Below, piece by piece: positions 1 to 13,766 of a stretch of 64,000 nucleotides of DNA (positions are counted from its first letter, which is position 1; each line of letters begins with the position of its first letter). Under the pieces are notes generated by a model. That model worked only from the letters and a program-made list of their open reading frames with translations, did no database searches and was not told the DNA's origin. Location of the stretch: positions 347,696,001 to 347,760,000 of the forward strand of contig OZ024740.1 of the NCBI GenBank assembly GCA_964016885.1, written 5' to 3'. Both the position numbers and the translations under genes were made by a program. This DNA is from Eledone cirrhosa. Taxonomy: Eukaryota.

Positions 1-42
<42 letters not shown>

Positions 43-833
43 AAATAGAAATGTATCACTTATGATGTCACAGATGTTTACGAAAGAACTATGAGAGACT
101 ATATTTATATCTATATTTACTCATTTAATGATAAACATTGATTGCTAGCTGAATTAACCATAGAGATATTAAATATACTGAATCGAAACCCAGCCCAAAC
201 CAAACAGTAAGTGTGTTTCAATATATATTTCTTGCAATATTATAACAACATCACCCTCCCCAAATATAACAATATTTGTTTCAATATATTTGTTTCAACG
301 ATTTCATATCAAAAACCTTGCAAAACAAATTCATCGCCGATATTTGGAAAGAGTGCAAGTAAAACTCTTCAAGTTGATCACCCTGACAGAAGAATTGAGA
401 GTTGTCAGCGAGAAACTCCGATATTAGAACAGAGTTATTGGAAGGAAATCAGTCTATAGATCTGAGATGCAAATCAATAAACCTCAATGAGACATCGTAC
501 CAAGGAAATAGATTCATTCTAGAGGAAATATGGGGTGAGAAAAAGAATGTCAACCAAGATGCAATGTGGTTAAAAGATCTCCGAACGAACTATTAGCCCT
601 GCCTTATACCAAACATTTACAGCATCATGATACACTTGGGTCTGTGTCTGAAAATCTTCAAGGTAACAAAGCACAAGGAAGAGATTTGATTGTCGGCTAT
701 TGGTACGAAATGTGACATTCTATCGGGTGTATCTTATCAACCTCTACCAATAAACTATCTATGTTTGATATTAGCAGAGATGAGATTGATTCCCCAAAAT
801 AAAAATACCTACTTAGCAACTCGACTCGTGACA
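1..833 (+). repeat. Tail of a further upstream unit of the tandem array
   Basis: Near-identical to ~19890-20726 and homologous to ~40060-41024. Confidence 0.88.
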
Positions 834-1200
834 ACGTACATGGTGAAGAAGTTATAATAAGGATACAGGCAGGCCAAAGGGATTGGTAGAAATAGCAGTT
901 CGTTTGGTCTAAAATAAAGCAGCTGTACTAAAATATAATGCTAGTAGCAGAAGTACTTAAGATTTTGATTAATACATATTGATGTTTTTTTACACTTGAA
1001 TTAGTGTATATATATATGTGTATGTGTGTGTGTGTGTGTGCATATATATAAATATATATATATATATATAGTATATTAGGGAGAGGATCAGGGGTGTATA
1101 ACACTCCACTTATCCAACAGGCAGTATAAGGTTAGCTCGATGTCTGAGGACAGAGCCGTGATATAATCAACAACAAAGAACGCCTATAGCATATGCATAT

Positions 1201-1258
1201 CTTTACTTGCTAACATTGTTTCATCCGCACTATAAGTGGGACTCATCAGAGCATAAAG
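1201..1258 (-). ncRNA. Type I hammerhead ribozyme, family A (inverted copy)
   Basis: Exact reverse complement of 3115-3172. Confidence 0.7.
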
Positions 1259-3114
1259 GTTGATTACATATCACACAAGCAATAACAAATCCAAGACATT
1301 GAAGAAATAAAGAATAAAAAATAATAAAAGATAAAAAATATTGAGGAAGTAAAAATAAAAATAAACATTGAAAAATAAACATTGAAAAATAAACATTGAA
1401 CAATAATTGAAAAATAAGGGGTGCTATCAGTCGCAGTTGGGCGGGGTGCTGTCAACATATAGTTACATACAAGCATACACATGGATAAGAGAACAGACAA
1501 GAATAGATAAGATAGATAGGAGTAGGTAAGAATAAATAAAAAAATAGGTGAAAAATAGGTAAAAAATAGACATATAATATATATAAGAAAATATAAAAAA
1601 CATACATATGAAATATACAGATAATAGTGATACAGGGTAAGGAATGAAGTAAAATAAAATAAAATTAAATTAAAATTAAAATTATATAAAATAAAATATA
1701 ATATAATATAATAATAAAATAAGATAAAATAAAATAAAATAAAATAAAATAAAATAAAATAAAATAAAATAAAATAAAATAAAATAAAATAAAATAATAT
1801 AATATAAGATATAATTAAATAAAATTAAATAAATAAAATTAAATATAATTAAATGAAATAAAATAAAATAAAATAAAGTAAATTGAGATAAGATATATAT
1901 TTTTTTAGAATATATTTCTTGAATATATCAGGGGCCCACGAAGGCCCTAAGTGTCACAGTTATCAGTATCACTTGACCATTGCAATGCAATGGAGACGTC
2001 CCAGGTTGGGCAGTCTCAAAAGTTCACTCGAAAGTCACAGGTGTGCATTCACACAGTTGAGCGGTGGGGTAATCACAAACCGGTTCACACCCGGGCAGGA
2101 GTCCAATGGTCAACAGAGGTACATCGAAGGAAGGTAGGAGAATTCACGTGCAGCAGCAAGAGGCAGACAAGTGGGCCGAAAGCAAGCAGGTGCAGGCGGG
2201 CTAGCCGAAAGCAAGCAAATACAGTTGGGTCAGGCGGGTTAATATGCATACTCAACAGCGCATACAAAAGATATATAAAAAAAAGCTTCAAGAGCCAATA
2301 TCATGAAGTCACCGCATTGGGACATCTCAAGATTATACACACCAATATGTTCTGCACGTATATGCACATATACACACCACATGCATATGCAGAGACGGTA
2401 TACATATATATATTTTTTTATATACAGACATATACAACCACCTACACCCATACACATATAAATGTATACACAGACACACACGCACACACACACAGCGTAG
2501 GACACCCGGGTCAAAGCTGATATTAAACACAGAAATACCACATCAGGCAAGACCCACCACCACGGATAATACATTCAAAATAAATACATACGAGGAGATG
2601 CAGTAAAATAAATCAAATTGAATTCCTACGAAGATAATCGTGTCCGCACGTGCCATATACGTGCGTATATTATATTTTATTTTATATAATTTTAATTTTA
2701 ATTTTATTTTATTTTATTTTATTTTATTTCATTCCTTACCCTGTATCACTATTATCTGTATATTTCATATGTATGTTTTTTATATTTTCTTATATATATT
2801 ATGTCTATTTTTTACCTATTTTTCACCTATTTTTTATCTATTCTTACCTACTCCTATCTATCTTATCTATTCTTGTCTGTTCTCTTATCCATGTGTATGC
2901 TTGTATGTAACTATATGTTGACAGCACCCCGCCCAACTGCGACTGATAGCACCCCTTATTTTTCAATTATTGTTCAATGTTTATTTTTCAATGTTTATTT
3001 TTCAATGTTTATTTTTATTTTTACTTCCTCAATATTTTTTATCTTTTATTATTTTTTATTCTTTATTTCTTCAATGTCTTGGATTTGTTATTGCTTGTGT
3101 GATATGTAATCAAC

Positions 3115-3172
3115 CTTTATGCTCTGATGAGTCCCACTTATAGTGCGGATGAAACAATGTTAGCAAGTAAAG
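3115..3172 (+). ncRNA. Type I hammerhead ribozyme, family A
   Basis: CTTTA-TGCT [CTGATGA] GTCC-CACT-TAT-AGTG-C-GGAT [GAAA] C-AAT-GT-T AGCA-AG-TAAAG: core boxes, stems I and II pair, minimal stem III, GUU site. Confidence 0.72.
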
Positions 3173-3444
3173 ATATGCATATGCTATAGGCGTTCTTTGT
3201 TGTTGATTATATATATATATACATAAATATATATAGATATAAATATATATATATATCTATATATATATGTATATATATATATGTATGTTTGTAAATAAAT
3301 ATATATATATATATATATATACACTCACACGCACACATGTATACATATATATATATATACACACACACACATGTGTATATATATATATATATATATATTA
3401 GTATCAGTACTGTGAAATACCGATGTCTGTATAGTATATTTAAT

Positions 3445-3618
3445 TGTTTCTACTTTAGGCACAAGGCCAGCAATTACCCAGTGCGTTACTGGTACTTTAT
3501 TTTATCGACCCCGTAAGGATGAAAGGCAAAGTCAACCTCGGCGGGATTTGAACTCAGATCGTAAAGGGACGTAACTATGCTGGAAAGCATGGCGTCCGAC
3601 CCTCTACCGATACTGCCA
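3445..3618 (-). mobile_element. tRNA-derived SINE with 14-bp TSD (unit-1 specific)
   Basis: B-box-like GAGTTCAAATCC. TSD ATAGTATATTTAAT at 3431-3444 and 3619-3632. Empty site in unit 2 at ~21209. Confidence 0.88.
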
Positions 3619-3724
3619 ATAGTATATTTAATAATATACTGTATGTTTATTTAAACATATTTTGAAGAGCATTCGCTATGAGTTTTTAAGTAGTGACTAC
3701 GTCACTTACTTAGTCTTGGCAAAG

Positions 3725-3937
<213 letters not shown>

Positions 3938-4863
3938 TGTATAAGGAAGCAACCTTAGATGACCCTGACACACGGTACTGGAGCCAGCTTCCGGCCTTAT
4001 GTTTAGAATGATCCTATTTAACTCTGATTTCGCCACATTCGCCGAAATGAGCGAAAGGAGGATTCTTTAGAACAAAGGTTCTCAACCCTTTTCTGCCAAA
4101 CGCCCCCTTTCGCCCCTCGAAATCACGAAAGGCCTATTTTTTCATTTTTCAATATACTACTGATTTTGATATCAGTAGCTTACTGGGCCAAATCAAGTTA
4201 TGTTAGAATCTTTAAAAAAATCTTTATAAAATACTCGTACGAATTAAATTCAAAAAGGTTTCAGTCTAAAACAAAAGCAAGCTATTTCAAATTATATATT
4301 TTTGATAAATAGACGTGAATGTTCTCAAAGATTTGATCTCTGTCGAAAAAGATTGTTTTTTTTAATTCTATATTTCACTGTTAGCTGTTGTAACATTTTA
4401 AGTGGATAGACAATTCAACAATTCAAGCTGTAAAGTCGAAATACGAAAGATGCAAAATATGAAGAATTTCTTACCTTTCTCTGGAATCACAAACTCAAGG
4501 GAGAAATAGTACCTTGGGAAATAAAGTACCTCGATCACAAACTTAGTTGCAACGAATGGATTGAGATGCTTAGTGACAGTGAACAAACAATATCTGTATT
4601 CCTTTTATATGTATATATATATATATACATAGATAGATACACACACACACATATACGTGCAAGCGCGCGCGCACACACGCACACACAGACTTGTGTGTGT
4701 GTGTGTGCGTTCTTTATGCTACGAGAAGAATTTTCTCTCCAGTTTTTTTTGCCGAGTCAAAGGCCACTGCGCTTTTCAACAACGTCAAATAACAACGCCA
4801 AATATATATATATATAAAGAGAGAAAGAGAGAGAGAGAGAGACGGAGACAGAGAGAGACAGAC

Positions 4864-4896
<33 letters not shown>

Positions 4897-5067
4897 AAAA
4901 GACAAACTGAGAGAGTAAGAAATGTGTGTGTGTGTGTGTGTTTGGTACACGTCTATCTATTTATCCATCTATCTCTCCAACAGGCGGCTCAAACATGCGG
5001 CCCGCGAACTACTTTTCTATGGCATGTGGTAGAACCAATATCTCAGATTCCATTATAACTGGCGAAA

Positions 5068-5285
5068 ATAAGGCGGTGAGCTGGTGGAATCGTTAGCACA
5101 TCTGGCGAAATGCTTAGCGGTACTTCGTCCGTTTTTACGTTCCGAGTTCAAATTCCGACGATCTCAACTTTGCCTTTCATCCTTTTGCAGTCGATAAATT
5201 AAGTACCAGTTGTGAACTGGTATCGATGTAATCGACGAGACCCTAAACCTCAAATTCCATGCCTTGTGTCTATAGTAGAAATAAT
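5068..5285 (+). mobile_element. tRNA-derived SINE (second subfamily); paralogue at ~22540-22755
   Basis: GGCGGTGAGCTGG...GAGTTCAAATTCC...GCCTTTCATCC...GTCGATAAATTAAGTACCAG, sharing its core with the other SINE copies. Confidence 0.75.
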
Positions 5286-5679
5286 TATAACTGGTAAAAA
5301 TCATCACCCACCACCACGTTTGGCTCACTGTGCCTCTCATCCAGGACGTAATGGCCCTTTTATGTCCTTGAGTTTGAGACCCCTCTTCTACACACACACA
5401 GACACACATATCTATATACATTTTACTTTTTTTCTGTTTCTGGACTACGCCCCTGCTGGAGCATCACCTTGGTAAGTTATGGGGACGTCAACAAACCAAC
5501 AAGTATTGGTGGGAGTGCAAACACAAACGCAAAGACACACACCGACATATATACATATATACGACGCGCTTCTTTTTGTTTCGGTCTATCAACTCCATTC
5601 ACAGGGCTTTTGTCGGCCCGATCAGTGGGACTGAACCCGGAAACATGTGGTTGGGAAGCAGCTTCTTGTCACACTGCGC

Positions 5680-5773
<94 letters not shown>

Positions 5774-5900
5774 CAGGGGCGAAGGGTGCGTGCAAGTAAC
5801 GCATGCAATGCATAGGTTATAGAATCTTGAGTTGATCAATTGCGTCGGTTGAAGCAAGCAGGATTTTGGCGGCTTACTAAATCGTAGAAACAAATAGATA

Positions 5901-5940
<40 letters not shown>

Positions 5941-7107
5941 GAAAAATATGGGGAGAAGAATACTGCATGGTTGCACATGGATTACATATTATAAAATTAG
6001 TCCCTCATCAGTGATTTGCCAACGATCATTGGTATTTCATCGCATTAAAAATCATATACCTCACGTTGGTGCGAGCAATAACTAAAATAAGTTATTGGGA
6101 CAGGTGAAACGCGTAAAGCGAGTGAAACAAGTAAACAACATCGAAGAAAGGCTAACCGAAGATGGGAAGAAAACAAGCAACATGGTTATTCGATCAGCAT
6201 AAACTGGGTGAATTCAAAGCGTGAGCAAACAGACCTTTCGCTGTGAATCGGATGTAAGAAAGAAAGATCCGACCCCTAGCGAACGGGAGGAAGTGAGAAG
6301 GGGAGAAACATATATATATATATATACACAGAAACACACGACAGTGTCAGTTGAAGCAAGCAAATTTTGGCTACTCACTAGATCGTAGATACATAAAAAG
6401 ATAACTCACACACACACACTCACACATACACAAACTAGATAACACTACATGCGGCTTTGACCCGGGAGGGTCATTTAGAGGGTATGGGGGGGGGGAAGGC
6501 TGCATGGATTGGACTGCATGCCCTGCTTTCCATGTTACCCTTCGCCACTGGTGTATTGGTGTATGTGTGTGTGTGTATTATCAAATTGACAATGAAAATA
6601 AAAAGAACAGTCAAGTTACTTTATAACTTTGTTTTTATGTTGTTGTTTTTTTTGTTTTTATTGTTAATTTAATACCTAATATCTGACTCTGTATCTAAAG
6701 AATTAATTCAGCGAAACACAGAACTTCTCTATGGATTTTACAAAATTACATTGCGTTCTATCTACGGTACCGACCCTACTACCAGAGGTAGAACAGACTG
6801 AAAAAAGAAAAAATATATATATGTATGTGTGTCTGTGTGTGTATAATATATATATATATAAATCTACATACATATATACATACATACATTTACGTATGTA
6901 TATAGCTATGCATTTATACATCTGTATATATACATGCATTTATATATGTGTGTAAGGATATTGACATGATTTTTTTTTTTTTTGTAAGGAGAGAATTTTG
7001 CCTCCAGATTTTATTACCTAGGGAGATTAAATACCATAGCATTTCAACCTCATCAAACACCAACGCTGGCCTATGTGTGTGTATATGTATGTGTGTATGT
7101 ATGTATG

Positions 7108-8490
7108 TTCTTCCGGTTATATAATTTCACAAAGTTTTACCAATAGAGAGGGAGTCGGTTTCTAACATAGACACAAGACTCTCTCATTGGAATTTACACA
7201 TCAACTAGGTAGATATGTATGTATGCATGCATGTGTAGATATGGATGTTATTGTATGTGTGGATGTGGATGTGTTGAGTTGTATGTGTGCATGTGTATGT
7301 GCTTTGTATCTGTACATGTGTATATGCAGTTATTAGATGCAACATTTTTGGAATGTTTTACATATTTTTATTGTTCCATTAATGGATTGTACTTGTAGTT
7401 TCCTAACTAGTTGTGTTCTTTCTGTTCCTGGGAAACCTAGCTTCTCAAGATTGGTATTGAGGCAGTTACTAACATATCCCAGTGCCCCAGCAATCACAGG
7501 CATAAATCTGAAGGTGTAATCAGGGTGGAGTATCTGCAGATTTCTCATCAGTTCTGCATAAATATTCTCCTTTTCACTAATCTTTGATATTATATTGGCA
7601 TCTGCTGGGCAGCTAATTTCCACTACTGTTCATGTATTCTTCTCCCTGTCCAATATCATAATATCTGCTCTGTTATGCCTGCATTTTATTGGAGTTTTTA
7701 CTGGAACATTCCACCAGTGCTCTTTCATATTATGTACATGGATGTCTGACACATTGTTGTAGCTTTTAATGTGTTTATTATCGGGGCTATCTTTTTTACG
7801 AACTGCATTGTACAGTGTTTTGGCCACTACATCATGCCTTATCGGTAGATAGTACCGCGATGACATCTTTGGACAGCTGCTGATGACATGGGTGATATCC
7901 TCGATGTTAGTTCTGCAGAGTCTGTACTTGTTATAACATCTAGGTGTTTTGCCTGCATCCCTATCTCTTTTGTGAATCAGGTATTTCGTGCTAATCTGTT
8001 CTTGGATTGCAAAAGTGTATCCTTCAAAGTGGGAGCCAATATAGCGGTTGTTGGTCCAAGATAGACTACTTTCCTTATCTATATTACTCTCACTCTGGAG
8101 CTTCCTGGCAACATATCCATGCATGATTTTTTGCTGATAGGCATGCAGTTTTTCATCCATGGATTCACTGCGATACTGCTGAGCGACATCCCTGTGTGAG
8201 TTTTTGATTATCACACAGGGAATATCTCTCAAGGAATTCCTTCCCAACTCTCATGATCTTATCTGTTTCATGCAGATAGACTTGCTCGAGAAGCGGGCTC
8301 CTACGCTTCGAGGTTCGTAGATGTTGTCGGAGAGATATGATGCGACATTCAAATGTTGTCTGGACTGATGGTAGGCCTCTGCCTCCCTGCTTACGTTTCA
8401 AGTAAAGGCGGTCTATGTCACTGTTGATGTGGAAGTTTCCGGTGTTGTTCAGTATTTTTCGAGTTCCAACATCAACTGCTCGGATTTCGT
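7108..8490 (-). mobile_element. 5'-truncated R4/Dong-like non-LTR retrotransposon (restriction-like endonuclease end), frameshifted
   Basis: ORF pieces with zinc knuckle RLCRTNIEDITHVISSC, then RHD, (P)D and EISCP motifs. The 3' end abuts (ATAC)n. Confidence 0.85.
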
Positions 8491-8539
8491 ATGTATGTAT
8501 ATACACATGTACATATGAATGTATATGTCAATATACATG

Positions 8540-9580
8540 GGTGTATATATATGCGCGGTGACATAGAACAAGTCGGGCTGGACACCCGATCGCGCGGTTA
8601 AACCACTGGGAGTGAAGGACCCCCTAGCATTTGTCAGGGCATTCTCCTAGGAGAAGGCAACTCAGGAAACTTGGATAACTCCGATATAAAACCTGCGACA
8701 CAGTAGTTACCGATGATGTTGATCTTTTCTTCTTTTCGAGTTATAGTTACTGTCGCTCAGAGAGTGGGATTGGCTCAGTGCACAGTCTTTCCTCACTTTA
8801 AAAAATATCTTCACGCACAGGCATTGCACGATAGTATTAATTAATAATTATTAATAATGGAATACCGTGTAATGGCCATACTCGATAACGAGGGGGCAGC
8901 CATCATCATCATGTATGTATGTATGTATGTATGTATGTATGTATGTATGTATGTATGTATGTATGTATGTATGTATGTATGTATGTATGTACGTTTATGT
9001 CAGGTCACCACTTGGTGCTACTAGTAACATGTATCCCAGTACAACCTGTCTCATGGTCGGGTCGTTGGCGATTAAACTGGCAACCCGACCAAGGTTTCTT
9101 GGTGAGGAGGGTGACTTTGGATATCCTGCAGGACTAAAAACAAAACCTGTCAAAGGGCAGAGGAGCTCTTAAGAGTCAATGGCCATGCAAAATCTCCGGG
9201 AGAGATGATTCCTTAGCCTTTGTCAATGCAGAATTCTAGGACAAGGAAAACTCTGATATAACAGTAATGTTGACTTGTTCTTCTTTTTGGTAAATATCAA
9301 CTTGGTTAAGAGAGTGGGACTGGCTTTGTGCAGTGCCTTTGCTCACTATAAAAGCTTCACGGCACAGGCATTGCTTTGTATCTGGAGATCTCTCTGCACT
9401 TGTCGTCACATGGTACCATGTACACTATGTGTCAATAATTGTCACAAGTGTAGTGTTTGTGCCAGAGTTGTCAAGTCGCTGGCTGGACTAAAAAGTCACA
9501 CTCGTTCAGCGCATCGGTAGGGGTTCTCCTACGTGGATATAAAGTAGTGGCCGTACTCGAAAACGAGTTGGCAGCCACCA
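8540..9580 (+). mobile_element. Two stacked short non-autonomous retroelements (RTE-UTR-like) separated by (TATG)n
   Basis: Family recurs at 19131-19596(-), 26240-28045, 39257-39722(-) and 42451-43683(-). Ends GCAGCCA(C/T)CAT + (TATG)n. Shared motif CTAGGAGAAGG(A)AAACTC. Confidence 0.65.
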
Positions 9581-12244
9581 TGTATGTACGTATGCATGTG
9601 TGTGTATGATTGTATGTATGATTGTATGTATGTATATGTGTTCACCCACACCTTTCATAACCATTGCTTCATTTTCTTGTCGTTTCTGTTGTTCTTGTAA
9701 CTGTTGTCATAGTTGAACTTGTCCTTATTTTCATTTTCTTTGATTTCTTTCGTTTTTCTTTTATCTCTCTCGTGATTTCGTTGAAAAGCTTCTTTCATTC
9801 ATTTTCTTCGTTTTCTTCATTCAAATGCATTCACACTGGCAGTCTCAGAGACGTACAAATATGGCTTATAAAACTTACCTGAGTAAAGAGCCTTCAGCGC
9901 CCCTCTAGCGCCTCCCCAAATATTCAAACGCCTCCCTAACGTCCCCTTGCTCCAAATCCTTTGTTCTAGAACATCATGCATCGTGCGAGAAATAGCAACC
10001 AAATCTACCTCAAATTACACTTGAACCTCTCAGGAAAAGAAAGAAGAGAATGGTTAATATGTCCTTAAAATACTTTGATAAATTTGGGCAATCAGTGTTT
10101 ATCTGCGACAAAACAATTACAAAATGACCTAAAATATACTGGAGGATAGCACTTCGCCCTCTATCCTCATGTTAGTTTATGAAATTCAAAGGGTTTCATC
10201 TAAGTGGGAAAGCAATTTCAAAACTTACCAACGTGCCAGTCATGCCACTTTCATTAACGTAGTCAACAAGCAGCAAGGAGAGCAAGATTATCCACTTCTC
10301 CTTAAGAAATGATGGTGGGAGTCGATGTTGACGATAGAATATACTGATTACAAGTCCCGTCTTGCACGTAATAATTGTTAGAAATAATGCCACAATCAAG
10401 CAATGCCCAGATAGTGGGCGTGTATGTGATGGACGGTTTCATCACCTCACACATCTCGAACAGGATCGGTTACTAACAATTGCTAACGATTCCAGTACTG
10501 CAATAGCAATACAGTTTATGCTAAATCCCCACTTTTCTAGAACTACTAAATCAATGGCTTTTGCAAGTTCACAATATTCCACGACCACTTTGACAATATC
10601 GTTGAGCGACTCGTAAGCCTAACAACATCTAAGAAGCCAAACATCCAAACTCATTCTCCGATTCCCCTGTCTGTTGCATTGTCAAAGAGACTAAATATGC
10701 TAAATATGACGCACAAAAGGCGAACACGTCTGTTCATCAATATTGTTGTCCACCCCTGCAAATATTTCACTTTCAACCCCTATCTGCCTATGATCTCCGA
10801 CGGCAGATGGAGACTCCCGTGGGGGAGGTTTCGAGAAGCCGTTGTCCAGAAAGATGTTGCATACTTTTACATCCAGCGATGCTGAAACTGCAATGTCCCG
10901 ATACGTGAAGGAGATTTAGATTTTATAATTGGACAGAAAGACAGCAAGTGATTGAGTCGCAGAAATTCGGATCTTACTGATGGCTAGCAGATACAGACTT
11001 GATGTACTGATTGTCTGAAGTCAACGGACGTACCTGCTTCGACGCCAACGCAAGCCTATGTGAATTTAGAAAACACAGGACTAATTGAAACCTGGTGGTT
11101 ATCAAAAGAGTGAGAAAAGTCATCTACCTTATCTATAGATAATCGGGCATACTATGTTTGTTTGTCCTAGGAGGGCTCATTAAGATCCATTGCGATTATT
11201 TTAAAATTCTGCCATGTCACGTATGAATCTTCGATTAGAGTAATCGAATTGTCTGTATCAGAAGTCTGTCTGTTTTTGTCTATGGAGTAAATTCATTTAT
11301 TTGAGCACTATCTGTTGTGTCTATGATTTCGGATGAAGATCAGATTTTTCCAGGCAATAGTAAAATTGTAATATGATTGTTGCTGACGCTATTGTTATGG
11401 ATTTTGCTATTGTTATTATTGCTGTATCACTTCTTTGTGTATCTTCTGTTATTCTATGTATTTTTATTTTTGTTGTTATTGATGATGAGGGTGGTCGTGG
11501 GCGGATGTTCATGTTGGAGTTTGTGGTGGTCCTGCTGGTGTTACTGGTACTGGTAGCGGTAGTGTTGGTAGTTCGTGCTGATGATGGTGGTACAGGTGGT
11601 GATGGCGCTGGTGTTGTGCCAGTGATGGCGTTTGTGGAGGTCGTAGTGGTGTTGTGATAGTTGTAGTGTTGCTGGTAGTTACTGTTATTTCATTTTTGTT
11701 TGCATATTTCACCACGCTGTTTAGTTTTTTTGTAAATATTTCTGATTTCTAAAGATTTCGGCTTTTATGAAATGTCAGGTGATTTCTCCTACCTCAAATA
11801 TCTTCACCTTTATCGACCTCTATTTCTTTTATTTTACTGATGCCGCCTTCTCACCTTTTTAATCTTCTTCACTTGAGAAATCAGACAGTGTAAACATTGT
11901 CCCCGAATATGTCTGAACTTGTTCTTGCGTGTTTCTACGAATGTTGTTTTGTTCAGGAGGGCACTTTACCGTTAAATCCTTGAAATTTTTTAATGTTCCC
12001 TAACAATAGAATTATAAACTAAATCCATTATTTTAATTAAATATCTTTGAAACTTCACATAAGTTGTTTTACACACACACTTACACGTGCAGACCGCACA
12101 CTCACACTCACATACATACACAAGCACACACATAACAGCCGCACACAAATACTCACTGATACACATACACACACAATATACATATATATATAGGAGATAA
12201 CGAAATAAATCGTTTCAACAGCTAAATCTACATTTCATAGAAAT

Positions 12245-12281
12245 ATGTCACCAATCACCGTCTTCTTGCTTCTTCTTTCTG
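12245..12281 (+). CDS. Kazal-type protease inhibitor gene 1, coding exon 1 (signal peptide MSPITVFLLLLS-G)
   Basis: ATG at 12245, hydrophobic run, phase-1 donor G|gtatgt at 12282. Joins in frame with exon 2. Conserved in the duplicate (30314-30350) with one synonymous change. Confidence 0.85.
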
Positions 12282-12304
12282 GTATGTATATTTTTGTATA
12301 TTGA

Positions 12305-12480
12305 ATTGGCAGTATCGGTAGAGGGTTGGACGCCACTCTTTCTAGCATAGTTACGTCCCTTTACGTTCTGAGTTCAAATCCCGCCGAGGTTAACTTTGCC
12401 TTTCATCCTTACGGGGTCGATAAAATAAAGTACCAGTAATGTACTGGTTAATTGCTGGCTTTGTGCCAAAACTAGAAACA
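12305..12480 (+). mobile_element. tRNA-derived SINE in intron 1 of Kazal gene 1 (shared with gene 2 at ~30375-30550)
   Basis: Matches the SINE family consensus seen throughout the window. Confidence 0.85.
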
Positions 12481-12823
12481 CTTATTTATTTTAAGTTACT
12501 GCCAACACTGTTGTATCTCAATTTTAGACAATGCTCTTCGTTGATTCTGTCTGAGCCCTAGTGCCCAGTGTGTCTTGGCTTGATGTCACTAAACTAAAAC
12601 CTGACACAATATATTGTTGGCGTTCACATCATCTCAAATATGCATCCAAAGCAAAGAATTGATCGTCTTCATTCGTAATGTCCGAATAATTTCAACAGGT
12701 GGGTCAATGTCCTTAATCAGGACCAAATGATCTACACTCTGCCAGATTGACTATATATCCAATTTTCTGCTGTTTCTAACTCCCTCCTCTCTCTCTCTCG
12801 CTCTCTCTCTCTATATATATATA

Positions 12824-12869
<46 letters not shown>

Positions 12870-12949
12870 TACGTGGGAAAGTAAAAAATCGGAGAATAGA
12901 CCGTTAAAACATGTTTATCTAAAAGATCACCCACGTACGTTTCGCCCAA

Positions 12950-13693
12950 TTTTTTTTATGTGCATAATATGCCTTGAAATTTCGGGAAAATCGGCTCGAC
13001 GTAACGCCTCAAAAAAAACCTAGAAAGCTGAAAAAATGAAGTTTTTCACCTAATGCGGGCCCTATGTCATAAAAAGTGGGATTTTCTGTGTTCACTGTAT
13101 GAAGAAGAGACTGCCTAATACATAGTTACAATTTGAAGGAAATCGGTCTGACGTAATGTCTCAAAGCACCCCTAGAAAGCTGAAAAAACGCAGATTTGTT
13201 ACCTAATGTGGGCCCTAGGGGATCAAAAAGTAGAATTTGTTTATGTTCACAACACTCCCTCAAACATAAGTAATACACATGTAAAGGTTGAAAAAAGTCG
13301 GTTAGGTACTTCTCGTGTTTTAGGGATTCAAACTCACAGACACAGACACGCACACACACACGCACACACACACACACACACACACACGGACACAGACACA
13401 CGGACACAGACATCCTCATTGAAGTGATGTAATGCAGACAGCCAGACATAAAGACAGATATTATAAGGGTGCGACGTTATATGTATGTATCTAAAAAGAG
13501 AAAGACTAAGAATCATAGAGAGATCATTAAAACGTCTAATGGGGTCCCTAGGACATTGAATATTTGAAATTTGTTTTGCTCAAAACACTCCCCGAAACAT
13601 AAGTACTACATGTGTAAAGATTGAAAAGAGTCGGTTGGGTGTTTCTTGAGTTTTAGGGATTCAAAGTCACACACACACAGACAGACATCCTCA

Positions 13694-13705
<12 letters not shown>
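12950..13705 (-). mobile_element. Non-autonomous Helitron, 3'-truncated copy
   Basis: Homologous to the more complete copy at 34200-35105. Confidence 0.6.

Positions 13706-13766
<61 letters not shown>

Larger units (their letters stand above)
1161..3212. mobile_element. Non-coding Penelope-like pseudo-LTR insertion with ~545-bp inverted arms (1161-1705 / 2666-3212)
   Basis: The arms are reverse complements (the same spurious ORF appears on both strands). Flanked by (TA)n, absent from unit 2, and each outer end carries a hammerhead motif. Confidence 0.7.

Noticed and set aside
10362-11090. Moderately GC-rich stretch with short ORFs
   Set aside because: No motif that I can recognise. ~330 bp of it is deleted in unit 2, so it is probably a decayed TE.
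11373-11715. Hydrophobic and Pro/His-rich ORFs resembling membrane proteins
   Set aside because: Degenerate (GTT/GGT/GAT)n low-complexity sequence.
12180-12244. Promoter or 5' UTR of Kazal gene 1
   Set aside because: Both a TATA-like (TA)n run and two acceptor-like sites (tttcaacag, tttcatag) precede the ATG. I cannot tell whether an upstream non-coding exon exists, so no feature was called.
12305-12390. tRNA gene-like A/B boxes
   Set aside because: Head of a multi-copy SINE, not a complete cloverleaf.
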